Notes under the pieces: generated by a model
Databases searched by the model: none
Told to the model about the DNA's origin: nothing
The model's input: the letters and a program-made list of their open reading frames with translations, nothing else
Origin: Obrimoposthia wandeli
Taxonomy: Eukaryota
Direction: 5' to 3'
Assembly: GCA_977020255.1 (NCBI GenBank)
Contig: CDROCS010001101.1
Coordinates: 124,001 to 188,000, forward strand
DNA length: 64,000 nucleotides
Shown: piece by piece, positions 8,381-18,757 of the stretch
Numbering within the stretch: position 1 is the stretch's first letter
Layout: each line of letters begins with the position of its first letter
Position numbers and translations under genes: made by a program

Positions 8381-9589
8381 ATGAAAAATAGAACTATCCC
8401 CTATCTATTTGCCCGATTTTTTGATGGCATATCCTCTGGTATGTTTATGATGGCGTTACCCTGGATCATGCTTTTAGAAGAAGGTATGGGCTTTTTTGTG
8501 GCGATTACAGCATTAGTTTGTACTTCTTTATCCTTTGTTTTTACGCCGTTTTTTGCCACTATGATAGATCGCCATTCAAGAAAGACAATTTTGATATTAA
8601 TGCAATTAGCACAAGCGACTACCGCGTTAATGGTGTTCATTACTTACTATAACGATCTGCAATCTCATTGGGTTTTGGCCTTTGCTCAGCTAATATTTTG
8701 GTTAAGTAATGATTTAGCTTGGAGTTGTAATAATGCTTTTACACAAGAAAACTATCGTCAAAGTGAATACGCTAAAATATCTAGTTATCAAGAAGTTGTG
8801 ATGCAAGTAACCACACTAGGTGCTGGCGCTATGGGCATTATTTTACTGGAACACTGGTCAATGCTTGAGTTTGCCTTTTTGGCCACGTTCGCTTCATTCC
8901 TGTCTGGCTTATGCTACATAGCGACGCCTTACACGCGTCAGTTTAATCCATCATTGAAAGAAGCTTTTTTTAAACAACTTGTGGCAAGCAAAGGCATATT
9001 TTCTAAGCAAAAACGTTTCTATGCATTCTTGGCGCTGTCTTGCTTATCTTATCCAGTATTAACTTTTTTGGTAAAGCTTGTACCTATCTATTTTGCTGAG
9101 CAAGATATTAGCGGTAGTTGGTTTGCGACATGGAAGATGAGCTATGGCCTAGGTGCATTATTAAGTGGCTTCCTTATTGCTCGTCTGTTAAGGCGATATG
9201 ATCATGAAAATGCGATGGTTGTTTCAATTCTAGCGATGGCGATGATACTTATTTTAATGGGATCTTATCTTTCCCCTACTTTGATTATATTACTGACTAT
9301 CGTCCTTGGTTTTTTCAATTCATATAATCGTATTGCCAGAACCAATAAGATGCATCATGTTATCGCGATGGAAGAAAGAGGACGCGTTGAAGGTGGGTTA
9401 AAACTGTTTTCGACACTGGCACAAAGCTTGAGTTACGTCGTTATTGCGCTGTTAAGTTACTTACAACTCACAGCCTTGGGTTTTATTATTATCGGGATAG
9501 TATTGTTGGTGGCAGGCGTAATGATGTTGCAGTTAAAGAAAGGCTCAAACTTGCTAGACTTATCCTTAGTATCGAATAAGTCTAGCTGA
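8381..9589 (+). CDS. MFS transporter (probable SoxR-regulated efflux)
   Basis: About 12 hydrophobic helices; motif A-like ATMIDRHSRK; divergent from soxR behind the soxbox. Confidence 0.88.
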   Translation: MKNRTIPYLFARFFDGISSGMFMMALPWIMLLEEGMGFFVAITALVCTSLSFVFTPFFATMIDRHSRKTILILMQLAQATTALMVFITYYNDLQSHWVLAFAQLIFWLSNDLAWSCNNAFTQENYRQSEYAKISSYQEVVMQVTTLGAGAMGIILLEHWSMLEFAFLATFASFLSGLCYIATPYTRQFNPSLKEAFFKQLVASKGIFSKQKRFYAFLALSCLSYPVLTFLVKLVPIYFAEQDISGSWFATWKMSYGLGALLSGFLIARLLRRYDHENAMVVSILAMAMILILMGSYLSPTLIILLTIVLGFFNSYNRIARTNKMHHVIAMEERGRVEGGLKLFSTLAQSLSYVVIALLSYLQLTALGFIIIGIVLLVAGVMMLQLKKGSNLLDLSLVSNKSS

Positions 9590-9600
9590 TAAAGACAAAA

Positions 9601-11517
9601 TCAAAATCGAGCGTTGATCTCTTTAGGCTTAAGAAACTCAAGCGGTTTATCTAAAATATGTTGATAGATGACGTTATAGACTAAAACATTTTTGACATAA
9701 CGTCGGGTTTCTTTATAGGGAATAGCTTCAACCCAACTGTCCATTGCTAAGGCCTGTTCTGCTCGACCGTCTTTGCTGCCTTGCCAGCGATCAACGCGAT
9801 TTGGGCCGGCATTATACGCTGCGGTTGCAAGCACCCTATTCCCTTCATAACGCTTAAGCAGGCCATCAAAATAGGCAGTGCCTAGCTGGACATTGATATC
9901 GCCATCGGTTAATTGTGCTTTCTTTTTATAATCCTTCAAGCCGATTTTACGTGCAGTCTCTTTTGCCGTTCCTGGCATCAGTTGCATATAGCCACGTGCA
10001 CCGACCGGCGAGTTGGCAAATTCATCAAACGAGCTTTCCTGACGTGTAATGGCGTAGATATAACTAGAATCGAGTTCATATCGTTCGGCATTCGCATAAA
10101 ACAATTGCGGTTTAGCTGCAGGGAAACGAATATTCAACGCACTCCAACTTTTAGACAGAATACTGGCAACGACCGAAAGATGTGCCCAGCCTTTTTGAAA
10201 GGCAAATAAACCTAACTGCCTTTGCAGGTTGATACTTTGATTGCTAATTAAGACTCGCCACTCGCGTTTCAGCAAGTACATATGTTGATGGAAATACAAC
10301 TCATCTATATGTGCCAACTGTGTTTTAAGATGGTCTAAGTCTTGTTGCTGTTCGTTGACGATATTAGGATTAAATTGGTAATCCAAACCTAATTTCTGTG
10401 CAGCCAAAAAGCCGTAATAATTACGTTCAGTCGCTATCGATTGATAAAGCTTATCAGCCTGATTCTGCTGTTCTTTGTTTTCTAATACCCGTGCTTGCCA
10501 ATACTGCCATTTACTCGCCAACGGCTTAATCTCGCTAAGCTGAGCTAGCCAATATTCGATATCGGCCCAGTTATTTAATCTAATCGCATAACGGATACGA
10601 CGTTCTGTTAATGATACATCGCCTAAAGTCGAAAGCGATTTATCTAACCAAGGAAATAAACTTGTTTCGTCACGGATCATAATGCGCGATATAAGGTATT
10701 TTTTTAAACGGTCTTGTTCTTTTGATGTTAAAGCGAGTTTTCGCTCATAATCAAGATATGCATTTAAGCCTAATTCGATATCTTTTTTAGCAAGGCGTTT
10801 AATGCTGGCAACTAAAAAGTCATTAGATGCAGCATTCTCAAATAGAGGATTGTTTAATAACGTTGCTGGAGCTTTATGCAAAGCATATAACTGCTCGGCC
10901 AACAGCTTGTTTTCCTTGTCCATTAAAGTGATTAAATAAGACATAATGGCTGTTTTATTCTTTACATAAGCTAAGTTAAATCGCTTAAAGATTAATTCCT
11001 GAGATATTTTGTTATTATCAAGGTAATAGTCTAGAACATCATCGCAGGCATTCGGTAAGGAAGATCCCGTTAACCAGGTTTTTTGCACATCAGTCCAAAT
11101 TTCATCAGCTTTATCATTGGCTAATTGCGCCTGAAAATGAAAGCATTTCAAGTCAACTGACTTGGGAAGTTGCGGATAAAAAGACAGGTACTCATCCCAA
11201 TATTGGTTTTCTGCTAGGTAATATAAATAACTTCTCTGCAAATCATAACTAGCGCGACGATCACGGTTATCCTTTATAAAAGCTTGTACTTCAGGCATGC
11301 TTTCACGGCTAAAGTGCGCTTTAATCTGTTCGAATTCAAGCAAGTAAGTTAATGGGTACCCGGGAATAAGTTTTGTTTTTTGTAACGCTTCTGACCACAT
11401 ATCTTGTGATTGTAAGTCCGCAGCTTGCGTATACAGGCCTCTTTGTTGGTCCCAAGTAAGCGAGGTCGCAAAGCTTGAGCATGAGATAAAAAACAAAGAG
11501 AGAGAAAATACTTTCAT
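9601..11517 (-). CDS. slt: Soluble lytic murein transglycosylase Slt70
   Basis: Signal peptide, long helical repeats, then ITRQESSF, GYMQLMPGTA, AAYNAGP, IPYKETRRYVK. Confidence 0.93.
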   Translation of the reverse strand: MKVFSLSLFFISCSSFATSLTWDQQRGLYTQAADLQSQDMWSEALQKTKLIPGYPLTYLLEFEQIKAHFSRESMPEVQAFIKDNRDRRASYDLQRSYLYYLAENQYWDEYLSFYPQLPKSVDLKCFHFQAQLANDKADEIWTDVQKTWLTGSSLPNACDDVLDYYLDNNKISQELIFKRFNLAYVKNKTAIMSYLITLMDKENKLLAEQLYALHKAPATLLNNPLFENAASNDFLVASIKRLAKKDIELGLNAYLDYERKLALTSKEQDRLKKYLISRIMIRDETSLFPWLDKSLSTLGDVSLTERRIRYAIRLNNWADIEYWLAQLSEIKPLASKWQYWQARVLENKEQQNQADKLYQSIATERNYYGFLAAQKLGLDYQFNPNIVNEQQQDLDHLKTQLAHIDELYFHQHMYLLKREWRVLISNQSINLQRQLGLFAFQKGWAHLSVVASILSKSWSALNIRFPAAKPQLFYANAERYELDSSYIYAITRQESSFDEFANSPVGARGYMQLMPGTAKETARKIGLKDYKKKAQLTDGDINVQLGTAYFDGLLKRYEGNRVLATAAYNAGPNRVDRWQGSKDGRAEQALAMDSWVEAIPYKETRRYVKNVLVYNVIYQHILDKPLEFLKPKEINARF

Positions 11518-11727
11518 CGATTTGTAAGCCTTATATCCTGTGCTTTCACACAGTGAGAAATCGTTGTTAAAACATTCTATTTAACGTGAGTAGAACTAAA
11601 GTGACAATACATTAACATTAGCACAGTGAAGATTATGGTGCTATTGATTAAATCTGTATAAATACATAGGTTAAATCACCTTCCCACATAGATAGTTACC
11701 TTCAATGTATCCTATATTCAGACTATC

Positions 11728-12627
11728 CTAAGCATTTTTGACAAGTCTATTTTGTAGATGATCGACGAAAATCGATATTTTTTTTGCTAAATGTTTTCTC
11801 CCTGCATAAAAAGCATAAAGGACCAAATCTTCTGGCTCAACTTCTAACTTGATAACTTCTAACGAACCAGCTTTTAATTCGCTCGAACAAGAGTCTGCAG
11901 GCAAGATCGCGAAACCAATGCCAGCAACCGCACCAGACTTCGCGATATGGCCACTATTAACTTTAAATGTCGAATTTACATGTTGTTTAATAAGCTTGCC
12001 GTCTGCACTTTTGAATACCCAAGGCGCACCATCCAAAGCTGTTAGGCTACTAATACAGGGTACCTGATTTAAATCGGCAAGTTCATAGGGACGCTTATGT
12101 AAATTGAGTAACTTAGGTGAAGCAACGACGACACTTTTCCATCTGGTTATTTCTTTTGCTACCCACCCACTATCGCAAAGACTGCCACGGTGATAACTCA
12201 AAATAAGGTCGAAACCGTCAAGTAAATCTTCTCTTGGGCTTAAACTTGTTTCACAACAAAGCGATATTGCAGGATGTTCAATGCAAAACGACACGACCGC
12301 TTCAGCCAGTAATGGTATGTCTGGGATTAAAATCCTAAGTTGTCCCATTATGGTTTGGGCGTTTTGACTCACATCTTCTAGCGCGTCATTTAGTGCAACT
12401 AACAATCCCCGTGTTGTCGAGTAAAGTTGCTCTCCAGCCTCCGTTGGAGTCATGCGACGAGTCGTTCTTTCTAGTAACCGTGTATTCAGCTTTTCCTCTA
12501 GCAGAGCAACATGACGGCTCACATTTGAAGTCGGTAAATCAAGCTGTTCAGCTGCTTTTTTAAAGCTATTGTACTCATAGACACTGTGGAAACTTTTCAA
12601 CCACAACTGTTCAATTTGGTTAATCAT
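11728..12627 (-). CDS. LysR family regulator
   Basis: SFKKAAEQLDLPTSNVSRHVALLEEKLNTRLLERTTR HTH. Confidence 0.93.
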   Translation of the reverse strand: MINQIEQLWLKSFHSVYEYNSFKKAAEQLDLPTSNVSRHVALLEEKLNTRLLERTTRRMTPTEAGEQLYSTTRGLLVALNDALEDVSQNAQTIMGQLRILIPDIPLLAEAVVSFCIEHPAISLCCETSLSPREDLLDGFDLILSYHRGSLCDSGWVAKEITRWKSVVVASPKLLNLHKRPYELADLNQVPCISSLTALDGAPWVFKSADGKLIKQHVNSTFKVNSGHIAKSGAVAGIGFAILPADSCSSELKAGSLEVIKLEVEPEDLVLYAFYAGRKHLAKKISIFVDHLQNRLVKNA

Positions 12628-12746
12628 TTATTATCCCGCTAGGTTGGATTATAAAGCCCATTTCCTACACTTTATTACCAAAAATGGTTTTGTACAATGA
12701 GTTATTCGATTCCACCTGTTACTTACAATATAAACAAGGTTCCACA

Positions 12747-13967
12747 ATGCTCACTTCCAGCTTTTCATCTCCGCGTCTGTTTACTTACAATAAATATATA
12801 TGTTTTGTAATCCAATTCCTGATTGCACTTGACGCACTCATCATCGTTCCATTTAGCTCTTCAATGGCTATCCAAGCTAATGCCTCTGCTTCACAATCTG
12901 GTTATCTTACTTCTGCTTATGCTCTCGCAGCAGGTATAACGTGTCTAGTAATTAAGGGATCACAAGACATTGCTCGCGAAAAAAATAGAGTTGTATTTTT
13001 CCTTTTCGGCATCACGGTTATGACGATTTTAACAACGGTCGTTGAAGGCTTTAATTTATTAGTTTTAACTCGTGCATTAACTGGATTGTTTGGCGGCGCG
13101 CTAGCTGTTGTAAACTTCAACTATTTGTTATTAATATCAGACAGGGATAATAAAAAGAAGAATACAGCGATATTGCTGAGTACATTTCCTTTAGCGCTAG
13201 CGCTTGGTGTCCCATCTCTTATCCTTATATCTTCAGGAAGTGGATGGCAACTAGGCTTTCAAGTTGTAGGGGGTGCATTTAGTCTTGTTACTTTAATATT
13301 CACCGTTTTACTCATGGCATCGTTTAAGTCGTTACGTTTATTAAATCACGCTTTAACGAAAGTTAAGCAAACACCAACGGCAGAGACTCTCAGTAATGGC
13401 AAAGCTATGTTTTTATCAGCGGTTGTCATGTTCACTGCAATTTTGAGTACTTTTGTCGTTTCTACTCAATATCCTGTGATGCTAACGATGAATCTTAATA
13501 TATCAGAACAACTATTGAGCCTGTGCTATACGCTAAGCGGGTTAGGTTCATTCATTGCTATACAATATTACGCGAGAACTAAAAATAGGGACTTTTCACT
13601 TAAAAAATTAATAGTCTTGCTGTCGTTGCTCATGGTCACGACGGTCGGTGTTGGCTTTAAAACTGTTGATATTTACTCTGCTGCAACAGCATTTGTCATC
13701 TTTATAATAGTGAGTTCAACGCGTACTATTATATTAATTACAGAATTGGTAAACGCCCTTACCCCAGAAGACCGCGTTAGAATGATTAGCCTGCAAAATT
13801 CACTACAACATTTTGCAGTTGGACTTGGCGGTGCACTGGGTAGCCTACTGGTTACGCAGGGTTTAGACTCAAACCTAGATTTCACTACCATGATTTATGT
13901 CGCAATAGTCCTCATCATTTCTACACCAGGATTGTTTTGGATTAAGACGTCAATGAAAAGGCTATAA
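12747..13967 (+). CDS. MFS transporter
   Basis: Multiple TM helices, RALTGLFGG; divergent from the LysR gene; ATG at 12747 with AAGGT RBS preferred. Confidence 0.85.
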   Translation: MLTSSFSSPRLFTYNKYICFVIQFLIALDALIIVPFSSSMAIQANASASQSGYLTSAYALAAGITCLVIKGSQDIAREKNRVVFFLFGITVMTILTTVVEGFNLLVLTRALTGLFGGALAVVNFNYLLLISDRDNKKKNTAILLSTFPLALALGVPSLILISSGSGWQLGFQVVGGAFSLVTLIFTVLLMASFKSLRLLNHALTKVKQTPTAETLSNGKAMFLSAVVMFTAILSTFVVSTQYPVMLTMNLNISEQLLSLCYTLSGLGSFIAIQYYARTKNRDFSLKKLIVLLSLLMVTTVGVGFKTVDIYSAATAFVIFIIVSSTRTIILITELVNALTPEDRVRMISLQNSLQHFAVGLGGALGSLLVTQGLDSNLDFTTMIYVAIVLIISTPGLFWIKTSMKRL

Positions 13968-14351
13968 ACGGGCTAAAGAGTCACGCAATTTGTCTATTGA
14001 TTGAATGCCAATATCACCACTTTGCCAACCAAAATTGTCCGCATCAAAGCGCGGGAATATATGTAGATGGTAATGTGACAATTCATTAAACTTGCCATTA
14101 TTTTGTAGAAAAGAAATACCATCAGGTTTAAACGCTAATTCAATACGCTGATATAAATCTCTAGCAACTTGCGTTATTTCATCATGTACACAAGCAGGTA
14201 AATCTATAAATGTTTCGTAGGGTGTCGTTGGACAGATAAGGATATGGCCAAAGTTAATCGGATCGTGATCAGCAAATGCGATCACATTTTCGGACTCATA
14301 AATAATAACCGCATCGATTTCACGGTTGATGATTTTTGTTACTATGGTCAT
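13962..14351 (-). CDS. HIT family protein
   Basis: DHDPINFGHILICP and the HYHLHIF histidine triad. Confidence 0.9.
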   Translation of the reverse strand: MTIVTKIINREIDAVIIYESENVIAFADHDPINFGHILICPTTPYETFIDLPACVHDEITQVARDLYQRIELAFKPDGISFLQNNGKFNELSHYHLHIFPRFDADNFGWQSGDIGIQSIDKLRDSLARL

Positions 14352-14362
14352 TCTCTATCTCC

Positions 14363-14776
14363 CTATCTTAACGATAAAACGATTTCCATTTTGAAATACG
14401 CAACGTCAGCTTTATAAAAGCGATCGCTAGCCTTGTGCATATCAAAACGTTCATAAAAACCGACTGCAGATTCTCTAGCATCACACCAGAACAAACCTGT
14501 GTTCGTGGACTTCAGATCATCAATGATGTGCGCTAACATCTTAGATCCAACGCCTTGATTTTGATAATTAGCATCAGTAGCAAATTTACGTAAACGCGCT
14601 TCATTTTGATCTAGATAAACAGAGGCGACACAAATAATTGTCTCGCCGATAAAAACACCAAAGTGTAAGCCATTTACATCGCCATCGACATGGCAATACT
14701 CTGGTGGTTTACTTGGCCACAATACCTGATGGCGAAGTGGGATCGTTTGTTGCCAACAAATTCTGCGAATATCCAT
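14363..14776 (-). CDS. GNAT N-acetyltransferase (ElaA/YitI-like)
   Basis: RLRKFATxxxYQNQGVGS, WCDARESAVGFYERF; start MDIRR at 14776. Confidence 0.85.
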   Translation of the reverse strand: MDIRRICWQQTIPLRHQVLWPSKPPEYCHVDGDVNGLHFGVFIGETIICVASVYLDQNEARLRKFATDANYQNQGVGSKMLAHIIDDLKSTNTGLFWCDARESAVGFYERFDMHKASDRFYKADVAYFKMEIVLSLR

Positions 14777-14792
14777 ATGAGTTTCAGACTCC

Positions 14793-15146
14793 CTAGCCGG
14801 CTCTCGAGCCATTCGGTAATGTATTCTCTGGCATAGCTAAACATGGCGTGATCTTATCTTCATAACCAATATCAAATAACATACCTTGTGATAGCTCTCC
14901 CGCCATCTTTCGATCTGGTAGGTTAACAACGAACAGGGCTTGTTTACCTTCAATTTCTTGAGGGTTTTCTCGTTCTTGTTTAATCCCAGATAGAATAGAA
15001 CGTGTATGGTCACCAAAATCGACCGTAAGTTTCATAAGTTTGTTTGATTTAGCAACTTCTGAAACCTTGGTTATAGTGCCGACTCGTATATCTAGTTTGG
15101 CAAAATCGTCAAATGTAATAAGTTCTTTGATAGGCGCTGGAGTCAT
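14793..15146 (-). CDS. tRNA-binding protein / CsaA-like (Trbp111 OB fold)
   Basis: FAKLDIRVGTI, KLMKLTVDFG, VNLPDRKMAGELSQGM, PNGSRAG. Confidence 0.88.
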   Translation of the reverse strand: MTPAPIKELITFDDFAKLDIRVGTITKVSEVAKSNKLMKLTVDFGDHTRSILSGIKQERENPQEIEGKQALFVVNLPDRKMAGELSQGMLFDIGYEDKITPCLAMPENTLPNGSRAG

Positions 15147-15322
15147 ATGTAATTCCTTATTGTTTAGGTACTTAGATACTGGATTTTTAGATATTGATTG
15201 TTTGGGCCGTTAGCCTAACAGTATACATATTACAGATAAGGAGTGTATAAAATACTTAATAGTGAATTAAATAGAGGGTTAGTTACGTTTTAAGTGCCAA
15301 TTTTCCGAGGAAGAAAATAACA

Positions 15323-15338
15323 CTGTATATATATACAG
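15323..15338. promoter_or_regulatory. LexA (SOS) box
   Basis: CTGT-ATATATAT-ACAG, a perfect gammaproteobacterial consensus. Confidence 0.8.
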
Positions 15339-15346
15339 CTAAAAAT

Positions 15347-15381
15347 AACCCCCCGTAAAATGATGACTTTTAACGGGGGTT
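15347..15381. terminator. Hairpin terminator downstream of the DEAD-box helicase gene
   Basis: AACCCCCCGTAAAA...TTTTAACGGGGGTT inverted repeat. Confidence 0.65.
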
Positions 15382-15418
15382 TATAAGTTTTACTTTGAAT
15401 GCTCTACGCTATTTTTAG

Positions 15419-16699
15419 CTATTCTGAATCAGCATCTCTTGACCAGATGTCAGCGTTGATAGGTGCTTTGTTCTTACGTTTTTTCTTACCGCTACCTTCT
15501 GGTGGTGCCATAGGAACGTACGCTTCAATCGTTTCATCAACTTCAAAACCAGCTTCTTGTTCACGATCAAGTTTGATTTTGTTTTTCTTTTCGATGATGC
15601 TGAAATGGTGCGCATCCACATGGTCGATAAGTGATAACGCTAAACCAACTTCACCAGCACGGCCACTACGACCAATACGGTGCATGTAGTCAGCAGGACT
15701 TCTTGGTAAGTCAAAGTTGATCACAACTGGTAGTTTATCAATATCGATACCACGAGCAGCAATGTCTGTTGCGATTAATACGTGGATCTGACCAGCTTTA
15801 AAGCCGTCAAGTGTACGAATACGTGCACTCTGTCCTTTATCACCATGGAACACTTGCGATGTAACACCACGTTTAGCCAGTTTTTCTGCTAAGTGATTAC
15901 AGCTGTGTTTCGAGTTAACGAAGATCAGCACTTGGCGCCATTCGTGTTTCTTGATCAAATGCGCTAATAAGGCCGTTTTTTCGCCTTGGTTAACACTAAA
16001 TGCGCGTTGTACTAACGTACTCGCGTCTGCACTTTGCAATTGAATCTCAAGTGGGTCGTTAAGTAATTCTTCAGTTAACGCTTTTACTTGTTCAGGGAAA
16101 GTAGCAGAGAATAATAAAATCTGTTTTTGTTTTGGCATTAACGCCATCAACGCAGATAGTTCTTCGGTAAAGCCTAGGCTTAACATACGATCGGCTTCAT
16201 CTAGCACTAAGGTTTTAACCATGTCTAGTTTAATAGCATTGCTTGAAATCAAATCAAGTAAACGACCAGGTGTTGCAACCAAAATATCTGTGCCGCCACG
16301 TAATGCAAGCATCTGAGTATTAACAGACACACCACCAAATACAGCAACAGTTTTGATTTCGCCGTTTAAATGTGACGCATAAGATTTGATGCTGTCGGCA
16401 ACCTGCATCGCAAGTTCACGCGTTGGAACTAAAACAAGTCCAGCAACATAGTTACCTTTTGATTTAGTACTGTTTTGCTTTTCTGTAAATAAGTCTTGCA
16501 GAATAGGCAGTGCAAAAGCAGCTGTCTTACCTGAACCTGTATTAGCGCCTGCAATTAAATCACGTCCAGCTAATACACTTGGGATAGCTTGTGCTTGAAT
16601 TGGCGTAGGTTGCTGATATTCCATCTCAGTTAATCGCGTTAATAAAGGCGATATAAGACCCAGATCAGTAAAGTTGGTTGGTGCTGTTGCAGTTGTCAT
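15419..16699 (-). CDS. DEAD-box RNA helicase (RhlE-like)
   Basis: Q motif, GSGKT, PTRELA, TPGRLLD, DEAD, SAT, HRIGRSGR. Confidence 0.95.
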   Translation of the reverse strand: MTTATAPTNFTDLGLISPLLTRLTEMEYQQPTPIQAQAIPSVLAGRDLIAGANTGSGKTAAFALPILQDLFTEKQNSTKSKGNYVAGLVLVPTRELAMQVADSIKSYASHLNGEIKTVAVFGGVSVNTQMLALRGGTDILVATPGRLLDLISSNAIKLDMVKTLVLDEADRMLSLGFTEELSALMALMPKQKQILLFSATFPEQVKALTEELLNDPLEIQLQSADASTLVQRAFSVNQGEKTALLAHLIKKHEWRQVLIFVNSKHSCNHLAEKLAKRGVTSQVFHGDKGQSARIRTLDGFKAGQIHVLIATDIAARGIDIDKLPVVINFDLPRSPADYMHRIGRSGRAGEVGLALSLIDHVDAHHFSIIEKKNKIKLDREQEAGFEVDETIEAYVPMAPPEGSGKKKRKNKAPINADIWSRDADSE

Positions 16700-16931
16700 T
16701 AATATAAAAGACTCAAGAATAAGATAATAGCCGGCTATTTTAGCGCATTTATGCCCTATTCAGTTAATTAAATCGTTCAAAGCCAGCTGTAATATCAATC
16801 ATCCCATAAATAGGCTGCATTTTATTCGACGTTAAGTGAGAAAAATCCTCGAAATAGTCGATATTATTTGATCCTAAATCTGTTATCTACCGTATCAATT
16901 AACACTATTCATCATAATGGAATAATTCAAA

Positions 16932-17591
16932 TTGAAACATATCAACGCTCTGACCCTTGGCAGTATGCCTGACCGATTTCGAACGCATTTAATTAACAGC
17001 TTATCCGGTTTTAAAAGCGCAAACCTTATCGGCACTATTAATGGCGAAGGCCAAACTAACTTAGCTATGTTCAGCTCTGTTATTCACCTAGGCGCATCAC
17101 CCGCTTTAATTGGCTTTATCACACGTCCAGACAGTGTCATTCGTCATACCTTAGACAATATCAAGCAGACCAAGCAATACACAATCAATCAAGTCAGTGA
17201 GGAATTTTACTTAAACGCACATCAAACATCAGCGCGTTATTTGAGTGAAGAAAGTGAATTCGCACATACAGGCTTGACTGAACATTATATCGACGGTTAC
17301 AGCGCCCCATTTGTTAAAGAAAGTAGTCTTAAGTATGTATTGACGCTACGACAAATAATGCCAATTGCATTGAATAATACGCAACTAGTGATTGGTGAAG
17401 TCACCGATATATTGTGTGATGAGAAAGCGATAAGAAGTGATGGTTATATTGATATTGAAACGTTAAAAACCGTTGCTGTTTCTGGGTTAGATAGTTATCA
17501 CGTTAGCTCAAGATTATCTCGTTTAAGTTACGCCAAAGCCGGTACATTACCAAAAAATATCAGTGTCGATGGAAATACGATTGCACTGTAA
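16932..17591 (+). CDS. Flavin reductase family protein
   Basis: GFKSANLIGT, NLAMFSSVIHLG, RHTLDNI, GLDSYH; TTG start. Confidence 0.85.
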   Translation: MKHINALTLGSMPDRFRTHLINSLSGFKSANLIGTINGEGQTNLAMFSSVIHLGASPALIGFITRPDSVIRHTLDNIKQTKQYTINQVSEEFYLNAHQTSARYLSEESEFAHTGLTEHYIDGYSAPFVKESSLKYVLTLRQIMPIALNNTQLVIGEVTDILCDEKAIRSDGYIDIETLKTVAVSGLDSYHVSSRLSRLSYAKAGTLPKNISVDGNTIAL

Positions 17592-17609
17592 CTGTGTCAT
17601 GAGGGGAAA

Positions 17610-18029
17610 GTGATGAAAATATCACAAACACTGGGTTATATGGGGTTAATCCCCTTTATCGCCAGCTTGTATGTAAGTATTAATAATATGGGATTGCCGT
17701 TAGATGCTAAACAAGTATTTATTGCCTATAGCGCTATCATTCTAAGCTTTGTTGCCGGGACACTCTGGCAAACCAGTGAAGAAATAAAATACGACCGAAG
17801 GAAAATAGTCAGTAATATATTCTGCTTGTTCGCTTTTCTCAGCTTGCTTGTTAACCAGCATCTAGCCTTGATGCTACTCGTTGTAAATTACATTTTGTTA
17901 TTCTTATACGAATCTAAATTAGCTAAACTAAACCAAGACAATGATAGAAATACAGCTTATATGACGATGCGATTTAGGCTCACATCTATCATCGTTTTAT
18001 TGCATGGTTATGCGTATTATTTATGGTGA
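17610..18029 (+). CDS. DUF3429 membrane protein
   Basis: LGYMGLIPF, YSAIILSFVAGTLW, and the MRFRLTSI tail. Confidence 0.8.
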   Translation: MMKISQTLGYMGLIPFIASLYVSINNMGLPLDAKQVFIAYSAIILSFVAGTLWQTSEEIKYDRRKIVSNIFCLFAFLSLLVNQHLALMLLVVNYILLFLYESKLAKLNQDNDRNTAYMTMRFRLTSIIVLLHGYAYYLW

Positions 18030-18045
18030 TAACGGTGGCTAGCAG

Positions 18046-18261
18046 CTATCGCCAGCCGATACGCCATTTGTCACTCGATTTTAATTCTCGCCAATCTATG
18101 CTGTATTCGTTCTTGCTCATAACCGCTTCAATCACACATTCGATAACCTTTTTGTCTTCATCGAATTTAACCAGGGTGATGATAAAATGCTTTTCTTTGT
18201 TATCCACATCAACCTTGGTCCATTTACTGAGCATTAACGATTTGGGATTAATACTGTTCAT
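18046..18261 (-). CDS. TIGR02450 family Trp-rich protein
   Basis: INPKSLMLSKWT...EKHFII...IDWRELK..W..GW; AAGGAG RBS before the ATG at 18261. Confidence 0.85.
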   Translation of the reverse strand: MNSINPKSLMLSKWTKVDVDNKEKHFIITLVKFDEDKKVIECVIEAVMSKNEYSIDWRELKSSDKWRIGWR

Positions 18262-18274
18262 CTTTGGCTCCTTG

Positions 18275-18544
18275 TTATTCATTGTCTTTATCATCAAGTA
18301 ACTTTGATATCTTTTTAAAGAAGATATCTACGGTCTCTTTGTCTTTATAATCAAATCTATACGGCCCATGAAATAACATAGTGACCGTCAAATCTTTATA
18401 GGCTAACCAACACGTATAGCCATCGAAATCATGTGATGCTTTGATATCTGAAAACTCATAAGCACCATCGGACTTATTGCCTTTGCTGGTAATAAGATTA
18501 AATGCCTTTAACAAATTTCGTTTTTCTAACTTGTTCACATCCAT
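18275..18544 (-). CDS. DUF3081 family protein
   Basis: IKASHDFDGYTCWL...VTMLFHGPYRFDY resembles the DUF3081 pattern. Confidence 0.65.
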   Translation of the reverse strand: MDVNKLEKRNLLKAFNLITSKGNKSDGAYEFSDIKASHDFDGYTCWLAYKDLTVTMLFHGPYRFDYKDKETVDIFFKKISKLLDDKDNE

Positions 18545-18757
18545 AACGTTTCCTATTCTGACAATTTAAACGGGGTAAAACGTTGGCTAAATATGATGAG
18601 TAGATTAGCCACCAGCCGATTAAGACACCATAAAAAAACCATAGCGTCGAGAGCTATGGTTATATACGTACTGAAAAGGTAAAAGGATCATTTGTTCATA
18701 AAAACAAAGTCCTCGCTAAGCTTATGGCTAAGTTAGCGGTCGATAAATTAACGATAG

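Noticed and set aside
18560-18585. ACCCCGTTTAAA resembling the CCCCGTAAA element (similar at 38616)
   Set aside because: No LexA box 12 nt upstream, so not counted as a copy of the composite motif.
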